Shown one piece after another: positions 48,880 through 57,854 of a DNA stretch of 64,000 bases. Origin of the DNA: Candidatus Doudnabacteria bacterium (GTDB lineage Bacteria; Patescibacteriota; Doudnabacteria; UBA920); assembly GCA_963768175.1 (NCBI GenBank), contig CAVYGQ010000001.1:510305-574304 (forward strand), given 5' to 3'. A program made the translations under genes and the position numbers. Under the pieces are notes generated by a model. That model was not told where the DNA came from, ran no database searches, and saw nothing but the letters and a program-made list of their open reading frames with translations. Position 1 is the first letter of the stretch. Every line of letters begins with the position of its first letter.

Positions 48880-50430
48880 TTATAAGTCTTGCTTATTTCC
48901 CAGCAGCAAACGCGATCTAATTTTTTGCCAAAAAGCCATAAATAAATTCCTGTCTTCCTTTTCCATAAAACCTAAAGCCACATAAATCCCCAGGTAGACC
49001 AACACCGCCAAAGGACCAACAACTATTAAGCTGGCGAGGTTCACCACCAACCTTTGCACCAGATAATGCATTAATAAAAAATACAGGACGGTGACAGTTA
49101 AAATTTTTGAATATAAAACCCCATAATATCTGCCCATGTCCGCCAGTCCCAGATACTTTTTTTCCACCCAGTAAAAAATCAACGGCACCGGCAAAACCGC
49201 ACCCAAATAAGCCCAAGCCGCGCCGACAATACCCCACCTCGGCACCAACAAAAGCAACAAAATAATATTCAACACGGCCAAGGACACGGACACAAAGGTT
49301 AAAAATTTTACCTTGTTTAAGCCGAGCAAAAAATTGTTCAGCGTACCGAGCAGGGCTAATAGGAAATAAGTGACGGCCAAAATAATCAAAATGGCGGCAC
49401 CTTTATCCGCAAAGTCTTTGCCCAGCCAATAAAACAAAATCTGATAAGCAAATGCGATAATCGCCGAGGTGCAAGCGGCAGCCAGTAAGCTTATGTTACG
49501 TATGGCCTTCCGGTAAATTGACTGAATCTGTACGGCTTTTTTTTCGCCCGTAATGGCACTGGTTACCGGGAAAAGCACACCAACCAAGCTACCGGTAATA
49601 CCATAAGTTTTTTGGGCGACATTTCCCGGAAGGCTGTAATAAGACAGTGACGACGTGCCGGAAAATATCGGCACAATGAACCGGTCCAGCTGAATTAAAG
49701 AGTTAGAGGCAAAATTGCTCACGGCGGCCAAAATACCGAAACGGTAAGCTGTTGCCATGGAAGGCTTATCCCAATCAAAATTAAGCTTAATGTGGGGCAG
49801 GAGCTTTTTAAAATTGTGGCGCAGCGCAACCAGCGCTATCAAGATGGTAAAAATATTAATAATTAAAATAGCTTTGAGCTTAAAACCCAAAAGGACGGCA
49901 ACCAAAACGCCCACGTTAAACAAAAACAGCTGGCTTAAGTTAATTTTGGTTATAACGTCAAAGCGCTGCAACGCCGCTGGCACGCCAGCATATAAAGTGC
50001 TGATGCTGGTAAAAAAAAATAAAATTCCCCCCAAAAGGAAAACAGTAAATATGTGCGGCTGATTTTGGGAGGCTATGTGGAAAAGCGACAAAAAAAACTT
50101 TCCCAGAACCAAATAAATTACCATTCCCAAAGCTCCAATGCCTATATAGAGCAAATTGGCGGAACTAATCAGCTTTTGCACACCGTCGGAATTGCCTTCC
50201 GCATTGTATTGGGAAATATATTTAATTAATGCCGTACTTAAACCCAAATCCAACAAAGCCATAAAGGCCGCTATGGTATTGACCAAAATATAAATGCCGT
50301 AATCAGCCACCCCTAATTTATGCACGATTACCGGGGTAATAAAAATGGAAAATAAAATCGGCACCGTGTAACCAATAAAGGTATAAGCGGAATTTTTTAA
50401 GGTTTTATGGGAAAGCGATTGTTCGGCCAC
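48880..50430 (-). CDS. wzx: Oligosaccharide flippase
   Basis: Many TM helices; LG..DYG, DLGL, LDRF and PRWGIVGAA motifs. Confidence 0.9.
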   Translation of the reverse strand: MAEQSLSHKTLKNSAYTFIGYTVPILFSIFITPVIVHKLGVADYGIYILVNTIAAFMALLDLGLSTALIKYISQYNAEGNSDGVQKLISSANLLYIGIGALGMVIYLVLGKFFLSLFHIASQNQPHIFTVFLLGGILFFFTSISTLYAGVPAALQRFDVITKINLSQLFLFNVGVLVAVLLGFKLKAILIINIFTILIALVALRHNFKKLLPHIKLNFDWDKPSMATAYRFGILAAVSNFASNSLIQLDRFIVPIFSGTSSLSYYSLPGNVAQKTYGITGSLVGVLFPVTSAITGEKKAVQIQSIYRKAIRNISLLAAACTSAIIAFAYQILFYWLGKDFADKGAAILIILAVTYFLLALLGTLNNFLLGLNKVKFLTFVSVSLAVLNIILLLLLVPRWGIVGAAWAYLGAVLPVPLIFYWVEKKYLGLADMGRYYGVLYSKILTVTVLYFLLMHYLVQRLVVNLASLIVVGPLAVLVYLGIYVALGFMEKEDRNLFMAFWQKIRSRLLLGNKQDL

Positions 50431-50448
50431 AATTTGTCCTTGCGTAAA

Positions 50449-51429
50449 TTAATGCTGAAGCTGCTGATTTATCCAGTCATAAGTCTTCTTTAGCCCGACT
50501 TTTAAAGGCTGGCTGGGCGACCAGTTGAGCTTTTCCTTAAGGAGCCGGTTGTCGGAATTCCTGCCCCGCACTCCCAACGGCCCGTCTATGTGCTTAATGG
50601 TAAGTTTTTTCCCGGCAATTTCCATGGCCATTTCCGCCAGTTGGTTAATTGTGACCATTTCCTCGGAGCCGATGTTTACCGGCCCGCGGAAATCTTTGGC
50701 GGCCATAAGCCTCATTACGCCTTCCAGACATTCGTCAATATACAAAAATGACCGGGTTTGCAGGCCGTCGCCCCAAATTTCAATTTCCCCACCGTCTTTT
50801 GCCTCGGCCACTTTGCGGCAAATGGCCGCCGGCGCCTTTTCCCGGCCGCCCTGCCAGGTACCCTGGGGGCCGAAAATGTTGTGGAAACGGGCGATTTTGA
50901 CGTTCAAATTATAATTGCGAACAAAAGACAAATACATCCGTTCGCTGAATAATTTTTCCCAGCCGTATTCGCTGTCAGGCTGGGCCGGATAAGCCGAATC
51001 CTCGCTACATTTCGGATTATCGGGATCCAGCTGGTTGTAAGCCGGATACATACAGGCCGAGGAAGAATAAAAAAATTCTTTTATGCCAGCCTTTTGGCCA
51101 AAATGCGCGGCGTTTAAATTTATAAGCGCGGAATTATGCATGACGTCGGCATCGTGCTGCCCGGAAAACACATAACCGGCGCCGCCCATATCCGCGGCCA
51201 GCTGATAAACCTCATCAAAGTCGCGGTCTAAAATTTTTTGCCAGACTTCCGGCTTACGCAAATCGGCAATAACAAAGTCATCCGCCTCGGTCTTGCCGAA
51301 CTCCGGATATTTTAAATCCACTCCCCTGACCCAGGCGCCATCCTGTTTGAGCCTTTTAACCAAATGACTGCCAATAAAGCCGCCGGCGCCGCAGACTAAA
51401 ACCTGTTTGTTGTGAATTTGTTTGTTCAT
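50449..51429 (-). CDS. GDP-mannose 3',5'-epimerase-like NAD-dependent epimerase
   Basis: GAGGFIG, QLAADMGG, SSACMYP, YGWEK and GREKAPAA motifs. Confidence 0.85.
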   Translation of the reverse strand: MNKQIHNKQVLVCGAGGFIGSHLVKRLKQDGAWVRGVDLKYPEFGKTEADDFVIADLRKPEVWQKILDRDFDEVYQLAADMGGAGYVFSGQHDADVMHNSALINLNAAHFGQKAGIKEFFYSSSACMYPAYNQLDPDNPKCSEDSAYPAQPDSEYGWEKLFSERMYLSFVRNYNLNVKIARFHNIFGPQGTWQGGREKAPAAICRKVAEAKDGGEIEIWGDGLQTRSFLYIDECLEGVMRLMAAKDFRGPVNIGSEEMVTINQLAEMAMEIAGKKLTIKHIDGPLGVRGRNSDNRLLKEKLNWSPSQPLKVGLKKTYDWINQQLQH

Positions 51430-51439
51430 AATTGTAATG

Positions 51440-51685
51440 TTACCAATCTTTTACTTTTGAAATAGTTTTCGTTTTTAATTTTTGGTAAGCGCCGGTGGCT
51501 TTTACGTCCAGCTCCGGAGACAGCAAAGTTAAAATCTCATGCCCCATAATCCGGTACTGTTTGCCGATTTTATTGGCGCGCAACAGGCCGGACTTTAGCA
51601 TGCGCTTAACCGTACTATTACTGATTTTCAGCAACTTTTGGGTTTCTTCGGTGGTATAAACTTCGTTGGGTTTTATTTCAGGCAT
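51440..51685 (-). CDS. Excisionase-like (HTH_17) DNA-binding protein
   Basis: YTTEET..LLKIS.STV.R....G.L.A.KIGKQYRI motif. Confidence 0.85.
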   Translation of the reverse strand: MPEIKPNEVYTTEETQKLLKISNSTVKRMLKSGLLRANKIGKQYRIMGHEILTLLSPELDVKATGAYQKLKTKTISKVKDW

Positions 51686-51768
51686 AAGGCAATTTAAAAA
51701 TTTAAATATAAAAAGATTTAAAGATTACATTAGAATATTTAATCTTTCAAAGTCCAGATACTGCTGAG

Positions 51769-51864
51769 TTGATGACGGTCTTCTGGCGTGAATGTTTTAA
51801 AACGATCAATTTTAACCAAAATTTAAAATTTTTAAGAACGTATTTGCCAGAAGACCGTCATCAA
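51769..51864. repeat. 96-bp element with a 19-bp perfect inverted repeat in the operon leader
   Basis: TTGATGACGGTCTTCTGGC / GCCAGAAGACCGTCATCAA around an AT-rich spacer. Confidence 0.8.
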
Positions 51865-51873
51865 ACGTATGAT

Positions 51874-51917
51874 CTAAATACACCCCCATTATATCAAGAG
51901 GTGTATTTAGGTGTCAA
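51874..51917 (-). promoter_or_regulatory. Consensus sigma70 promoter overlapped by a palindromic operator
   Basis: TTGACA-N18-TATAAT with a TG extension; the IR CTAAATACACC/GGTGTATTTAG straddles the -10 box. Confidence 0.75.
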
Positions 51918-51938
51918 TAAGTGTCAATAGAGGCCAAA

Positions 51939-53012
51939 TTACATTATTTTAGAGAAGATATCCACAAAGCGCCGCTGATAAGTATGCTCTTTAATTGTCC
52001 TTTGGTAGCCGGCTTGGGCTATTTGTTTTCTTTGTTCTTCGTGCACCAAAAAGTACCGGCATTTTTCCGCCATGTCCACGGCATTCTTAAACACCGCTAT
52101 TTCTTTTTCGAGTTCGTAATACTCGGCCAAATTATCATCAACGATTTGTGTCAACAAAAATCCGCCGCAAGCCGGAATCTCAAAAGTCCGGCCCTTTATA
52201 GCGCGCCTGCGCATGGACAAAAATGCTCGGGCGTTGGAAACCAAATGGTGGCCGTCAAACCGCAAGCTCCCCTGTTGTTTTTTGACCACTAACTTAGCGG
52301 CATTGCGCAATAGCCCTCTTAGGCCGTAATTGTGGGTTTCCGAAAAATTCAAATTTATTTTGCTGTAGGAAAAAATCTCCAACATTTTCTGCTGGCTCGC
52401 CCGGCCAGCCGGCCAACCATTGCCATAGCTTTCGGCAGGCAACCGATGATTCCTTAAATAATCAATATATTTTCCCCGATTGCCGTAATTCTTTCCCACG
52501 AAAGTTATATTATAGCTTCCGATTTTCCGATTTTCCGATTTTCCGGCCGGTTGGTATAAAAATGTATTAGCCGCCCATTGTGTTTTTATGACATTGGTAA
52601 TGCCATAATGGCGGTAAATTTCCAATGCGCTTGAATCCGTAGTGGACACCATGGTAAACAGCGACGCCCAGTAGCGGGAAAAAACCGGTATACGCCAGTG
52701 GTCATCGGCAAACCAGTTAAAAGTTTTGGTTTTGGTCTTTTTGGTAATATAAGAAATAGTTTCTTTTTCCAATTCTTCTGAAAATAAAAAACAGAATAGC
52801 AAATCCGGCTTGGTCTCCTCAACGGTTGCAATCAGCAGGCGGTTCATCTCCTCCCTGCCGAGAGCCGATGTTTGCTCATCTGTGGCAAAAAATTCCGCCT
52901 CAACGCCGGGCATGCGCTTTAGTGCGTCAAAAAAATTCGCATACTCCATGGACAGCCCCAAAGAGGGTTTGCCATAGTCGTATTTAAAGCTGCAAAAGAG
53001 GATTTTAGTCAT
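51939..53012 (-). CDS. Glycosyltransferase, CgeB/Glyco_trans_1_2-like
   Basis: NWFADD, SKINLN, RTFEIPACGGFLLT and HTYQRR motifs. Confidence 0.85.
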   Translation of the reverse strand: MTKILFCSFKYDYGKPSLGLSMEYANFFDALKRMPGVEAEFFATDEQTSALGREEMNRLLIATVEETKPDLLFCFLFSEELEKETISYITKKTKTKTFNWFADDHWRIPVFSRYWASLFTMVSTTDSSALEIYRHYGITNVIKTQWAANTFLYQPAGKSENRKIGSYNITFVGKNYGNRGKYIDYLRNHRLPAESYGNGWPAGRASQQKMLEIFSYSKINLNFSETHNYGLRGLLRNAAKLVVKKQQGSLRFDGHHLVSNARAFLSMRRRAIKGRTFEIPACGGFLLTQIVDDNLAEYYELEKEIAVFKNAVDMAEKCRYFLVHEEQRKQIAQAGYQRTIKEHTYQRRFVDIFSKIM

Positions 53013-53184
53013 TTAAAAATTTAAAAATTTAAAAAATAAAATAATTTAAAAATCCTGGCTTTGCAAATAATCAAACAAAACCCGGCCTTGCCTGCCGCCC
53101 CACAAATTTAAGCTAAGCAACTTCATATTGTTGTTGGTGTTTTTTTCAAAAACCTGCGGCTCTAAAAACGGCCGGCAAAGGCCT

Positions 53185-53841
53185 TTAAATCCGGGCTTGC
53201 TTTAAAGCCGCCTCGTATCTTTGGGCGAATTCGTCTATACTGCCTTGGGTTTTGGGATGGGTAAAACCGGCTTCCAAAAGCTCCGGGCTGACAGTTAAAA
53301 TGTCGCCCCTGGTCAGCATAGCCATTTCCAAATCCGCCGGGGTGCGCAGGCTACCGACAATAATTTCGGACTTCAGCCCGTTTTGGACAATAAATTCCTT
53401 GGCGCGGTTGATTTCCCTGACCGAATCCACACCTGCGTCGCGGCCGCGGCAAAAAAACTGGCTGACATAGTCGGCACCCTGCTGCGCCGCTAATGCCAAT
53501 TGCCGAAAAGTCATTAAAGCGGTAACGTTTAATTTATAGCCCTCCGCTTTTAAAATACGGATGGCCTGCATCCCGTGGATATTGCCGGGGATTTTGATAA
53601 TTATATTTGACCCTATGGTAGCCAGCTTCCTGGCATCCTGACAAATTTGCTCGGTGGAATTGGCGTAAACCACTTCCGCGCTTATCGGCAAAGTCGGCAC
53701 CAAGGCGCACATTTGAGCCAACTTCTCTTCCTGCTTTATTCCCTCTTTGCTCATAATAGCCGGATTGCTGGTCACGCCGTCCACTAACTTTTGGTATTTT
53801 TTTATGGCCTCCAAATTCGCTGTATCCAAATAAAACTTCAT
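53185..53841 (-). CDS. Transaldolase / fructose-6-phosphate aldolase family protein (short form)
   Basis: YLDTAN, GVTSNP, IKIP, NVT, GADYVS and VGSLR motifs. Confidence 0.88.
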   Translation of the reverse strand: MKFYLDTANLEAIKKYQKLVDGVTSNPAIMSKEGIKQEEKLAQMCALVPTLPISAEVVYANSTEQICQDARKLATIGSNIIIKIPGNIHGMQAIRILKAEGYKLNVTALMTFRQLALAAQQGADYVSQFFCRGRDAGVDSVREINRAKEFIVQNGLKSEIIVGSLRTPADLEMAMLTRGDILTVSPELLEAGFTHPKTQGSIDEFAQRYEAALKQARI

Positions 53842-53924
53842 AAATTGGCGGTTAATATTAATTAATATCAAATAATAGCACGGCTAAGCTTTAAAAGCAA
53901 GCCATTGTTAGCTATAATGTCCTT

Positions 53925-55028
53925 ATGCGTTTATTATACATTATAACCTCGGCCGACGGCGGCGGGGCGCAAAAATACGTCTTGGATTTAGCCGAATACT
54001 TTAAAGCGCCGATTGCCGCGGGCAACGAAACCGGCCGGCTTTTTGAACAGGCCAAAGCCCGCGGCCTTTCAACTTTTGGGCTCAAACATTTAAAAAGAAA
54101 CCTGCACCCTCGGCACGATTTTTTGGCCGTTGGGGAAATTTACCGCATTATTAAATTAACCAACCCCGACATTGTCCATCTCAATTCCAGCAAGGCCGGG
54201 GTATTGGGCGCCGTGGCCGCGAAACTGGCCCGCAAAAAAGTAATTTTTACGGCTCACGGCATGTATTACTTTACCAATACGCCGCCGCTTAAAAGATGGG
54301 CTTATGCCTTGGCCGAAAAATTTGCCGCGCTGTTTTGGGACCGGCTCATTGCCGTAAGCAAAAAAGATGCCAGCTTGGCACTAAAATACCACTTGTTGCC
54401 GGCCAAAAACATTAACGCAATTTATAACGGTTTGCCGCCCATCGTTTTTTTACCAAGAGACCAGGCCCAAAAACAATTAGGAGCCAGCCCAGATAAAATA
54501 ATCTTAGGCTGCGTTGCCCAATATTACCACCGAAAAGGCCTTGATATTTTAATTCAGGCGGCCGCGGCTTTGCCGCAACAGCTGAGGCAGAATACGGAGA
54601 TTTTTTTAATCGGACAGGGGCCGGAGCGGACAAATTTGGAAAAACTGATTAGAGACCTGAATCTGCAAAAAACCGTCAGTCTAAAAAACTTCCAAGCCCA
54701 GGCTTCTACCCTGCTTAAGGCTTTGGATGTTTTTGTTTTGCCTTCCCGCTACGAAGGCCTCCCTTACGCCCTTTTGGAAGCCATGCAGGCCGGCTTGCCC
54801 ATAATAGCGACAAAAGTCGGCGGCAACGCCGAGGCTTTGGGCGATGCCGGAGTTCTGGTTGAGCCAGAAAACAGCAAAGCTTTAGCCGAGGCCATCACAA
54901 ATTTAATCGGCAACGAGCCGATGAGAAGCACCCTTTCCCAAAAAGCCTTGGAGCAATCCAAACTTTTTACCGAAGAAAAAATGCTAGCGGAAACCGAAAA
55001 AGTTTACATAAAAATGCTAAATAGATAA
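53925..55028 (+). CDS. Glycosyltransferase family 4
   Basis: GGAQ, HLNSSKAG and PSRYEGLPYALLEAM motifs. Confidence 0.92.
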   Translation: MRLLYIITSADGGGAQKYVLDLAEYFKAPIAAGNETGRLFEQAKARGLSTFGLKHLKRNLHPRHDFLAVGEIYRIIKLTNPDIVHLNSSKAGVLGAVAAKLARKKVIFTAHGMYYFTNTPPLKRWAYALAEKFAALFWDRLIAVSKKDASLALKYHLLPAKNINAIYNGLPPIVFLPRDQAQKQLGASPDKIILGCVAQYYHRKGLDILIQAAAALPQQLRQNTEIFLIGQGPERTNLEKLIRDLNLQKTVSLKNFQAQASTLLKALDVFVLPSRYEGLPYALLEAMQAGLPIIATKVGGNAEALGDAGVLVEPENSKALAEAITNLIGNEPMRSTLSQKALEQSKLFTEEKMLAETEKVYIKMLNR

Positions 55029-55037
55029 CAACCAATC

Positions 55038-55076
55038 AATAGAGGGGACACCTCTTCCAGAGGTGTCCCCTCTATT
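55038..55076. terminator. Perfect hairpin between convergent genes
   Basis: AATAGAGGGGACACCTCT-tcc-AGAGGTGTCCCCTCTATT. Confidence 0.7.
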
Positions 55077-55086
55077 TCGCATAACC

Positions 55087-57324
55087 TTATTTAAGGGAAT
55101 TTATAAAATCCTGAAAATGCTTGGCATCAGCGGCATCTTGGGTAATTAACGATTGGGCGATGGCAATGGCCTCTTGCTTGTTGCCAAGCTTGGCGTCATC
55201 CTGCGCCAAGGCCCAAAGATCCTGCAAAGCGCTCGGGTCAATTTTTACCGCGAGCCGGTAAACATCCGCGGCAGCGGCAAAATTATTTTGCTTATCGTAT
55301 AAAGCCCCAAGCCAGTCAATTTGCCTGGCCGCGGTGGGCTGGTAGCCGGAGTTTAGAACCTCCCGGGCGGTTTGCATAGCTTTATCGCTTTGGTTGGAAT
55401 AATAGTAAATAACCGCAAGCTGAAGTTTTGCTTCGTTATCCTGCGGGATATCGCCGACGATTTTTTCATATATGGCCGCCGCTGCCGTTAGATTATTTTG
55501 CGAAATGTCAAGGCGGGCCAGCATTTCCTCGGGCTCCGGGCGCTTGGGCGCCAAATTCACGGCTGTTTGGGCGGCCAATACTGCATTTGGATCCAAAGCG
55601 GTTTTGTTATAAATGGAATTTGCCAAATACAGGTTGGAAAGATCCTGCCAAGCGGTCGGATCGTTAGGCACCCGCTTTACAGCCTCCTGCTCAGCATTAA
55701 TGGCATCCTGCAGATTTTGACTAATGAACTGGGCTGTTACGCCTGAAGGAGGATTGCCCGCCAAACTCGTGGCAAAATCCGCATACTTTAAGATAAATTG
55801 GACGGGGTCAAAATCAAACGGAGAATTTAACCCTTTGTCAAAATAACTTTTGGCAATTTGCGGGTCAACGGCGGCATAGGCATAGCCGAAATTTACGTCC
55901 TTAGCCACCTGTAGGCCGGTAATATTGCCCAAATAAACAACATATAAAATTACCACGGCCGATATGCCGAACGCCACGCCGGAAAACATCGGATCCAAAC
56001 CGGATTTCCTGTTTTTGTTCGGCGCATCAACCGCGCGTGATTCGTGCCACAAATAAGCCATCAAGCCGATATATATAAAAAATGCCATGCTGGCGCCGAC
56101 GGTATCAAAGACGAATAAATTTTGGATTTGGTAAACTATCAGCCCGCAGACCAACAAACAAAATTCCGGCAGGAGCAAAATTTGTTTGCGGAAGGCCGCC
56201 CACATCGCCCAGAGGGAAAACACCAGCAAACCCAGGTAAGCGGCAAAGCCAAAAATTCCGCTGGTCACCAAAACTTCTATTAAATAATTGTGCGGCTTGT
56301 CAAACCAGCTGGGGTCGTACTGGTAAATTGCGGGGTTGTAATATTTATTGGAAATAAAATAATAATTTTCCGGCCCCACGCCCAAAATCGGATGGTCTTT
56401 ATAGCCCTTAAGCGCCACCCCCCACTGTATCAGCCTGGCCTCAGTATTAACGTCGTTAAGGTTAAACACGCGATGCAGCATCCCCCCTTGCGGAAGATCG
56501 GCATGAAACGTAAACAGTAAAACAACAATAACTCCGAATGCCACGACTAAGGAGCCACCCCATATCCTAATTTTCCTGGCAGGATTTAAAACAACATATA
56601 AGACCGCCGCGACAAAAATACCGATACCCAAACCCACCACGCAGCCGCGGGTCTCGCTCAAAAAAATTACCCAAGCCTGGAGCAGTACAAATACCCAATA
56701 CATAATTTTTTTCCATACCGCCTCTTCCGAAACGGCAAAAAACGCGGCCAAAAACATCGGAATTACCATGAAACTGGCAATGAATATCGGGTTGCCAAAA
56801 GTGCCGGAAACCCTGCGGGTAAGAAGGGTCGTTAAGTAAAAAATGATTATGCGTCAACTGGACCATAACGCCGTCCAAAGAAAGGGTTACTCCAATGCCG
56901 ACCAAAAACTGTAAAAATAGACGCAAATAACGGACATTCATTTGCCCTATCATTAAAACGTAAAAATATAGCAAACAAAGATGGGCTAAATAAAACACGC
57001 CGCCCATGCGCTCAAAGTTGCCCCAAATGCTGCGCAAAGGATTAACCCCGAACAGTCCGGCAATCAGGTTAAACAAAAAAAAGCCAATATGGAAATAGTC
57101 AGGGGGTTTTTAAACGACGGGCGGTATTGGGGGTAGCGCAAAAATAAATACAAATAAAACGGCAGTGCCAATTCCACCAAAATACGGAGATAAAAAGCTT
57201 TGGAAGTGACAAAAGGAAACAGCAATTCCTTAAATACCATAAATGGCGTCAGCATCGCCAAAGCAACCAAACCGATAAATACAAAAGAAACAAATTTTTT
57301 ATTCACCCCGTTAGAAGTCGCCAT
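55087..57324 (-). CDS. O-antigen ligase (Wzy_C) family membrane protein with C-terminal TPRs, split by two frameshifts
   Basis: FPFVTSK, SIWGNFERMGG, SETRG, RLIQW, GVGPENY and DKPHN motifs plus TPR-like helices, across ORFs 57064..57324, 56567..57076 and 55087..56769. Confidence 0.85.
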
Positions 57325-57404
57325 GGTTTTGGTATTTAGATAAAATGATATTAATTTAATGATTTATACCCCGAAAAAATTTTTAAATAACTTCTAACGG
57401 GGTT
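57304..57404. mobile_element. 101-bp IR cassette inserted just after the ligase gene's original ATG
   Basis: 14-bp IR ACCCCGTTAGAAGT/ACTTCTAACGGGGT; removing it gives ATG AAT AAA AAA TTT (MNKKF). Confidence 0.8.
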
Positions 57405-57656
57405 CATTGTTCGTGGGTCAATTAAGCTATACGATAACTTTACATAATACCGGGTGATTTTTCAAGCAAACATAAAATTTTCAAAAGGGAATCTTTGACC
57501 ATTACATCCTAAAACGCACCAAAACCGCCGTAAATATCGTATTAATAGTCAGACGGAAGGCCGTGCCCCGGCCGAATTTTCAATGTCCTAAAAAGGGTGT
57601 ATAATTATAAAGGATAAATAGATAATTATTAACATTTGAAACAAACAACATTTATT

Positions 57657-57854
57657 CACCCTGTTAGAAGCTTTAACCATTAAATTGGGGCTTTTAGAAC
57701 AGGGGGTTAAAGTTAAAAAAAATAACACAAAAATATGAACCCCGTTAGACATTTAACTCAAAATAATATTTTTGTAAAATTAAGCATCATTAAAATTATG
57801 AAAAATCTAAAAACAAAAATCATATCTAACGGGGTGAATGCTTCTAACAGGGTA
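57657..57854. mobile_element. Two nested 99-bp IR cassettes at the start of the surface-protein gene
   Basis: Outer IR ACCCTGTTAGAAGC/GCTTCTAACAGGGT; the inner copy at 57738-57836 has IR ACCCCGTTAGA/TCTAACGGGGT. Confidence 0.8.

Noticed and set aside
51440-51685. Excisionase as evidence of a prophage or ICE
   Set aside because: No integrase, phage or conjugation genes are nearby, and the gene is embedded in the glycan operon.
53013-53052. TTAAAAAT tandem run, and the TTTC-rich run at 61744-61780
   Set aside because: These are low-complexity AT-rich sequences without a complementary arm and cannot be distinguished from background.
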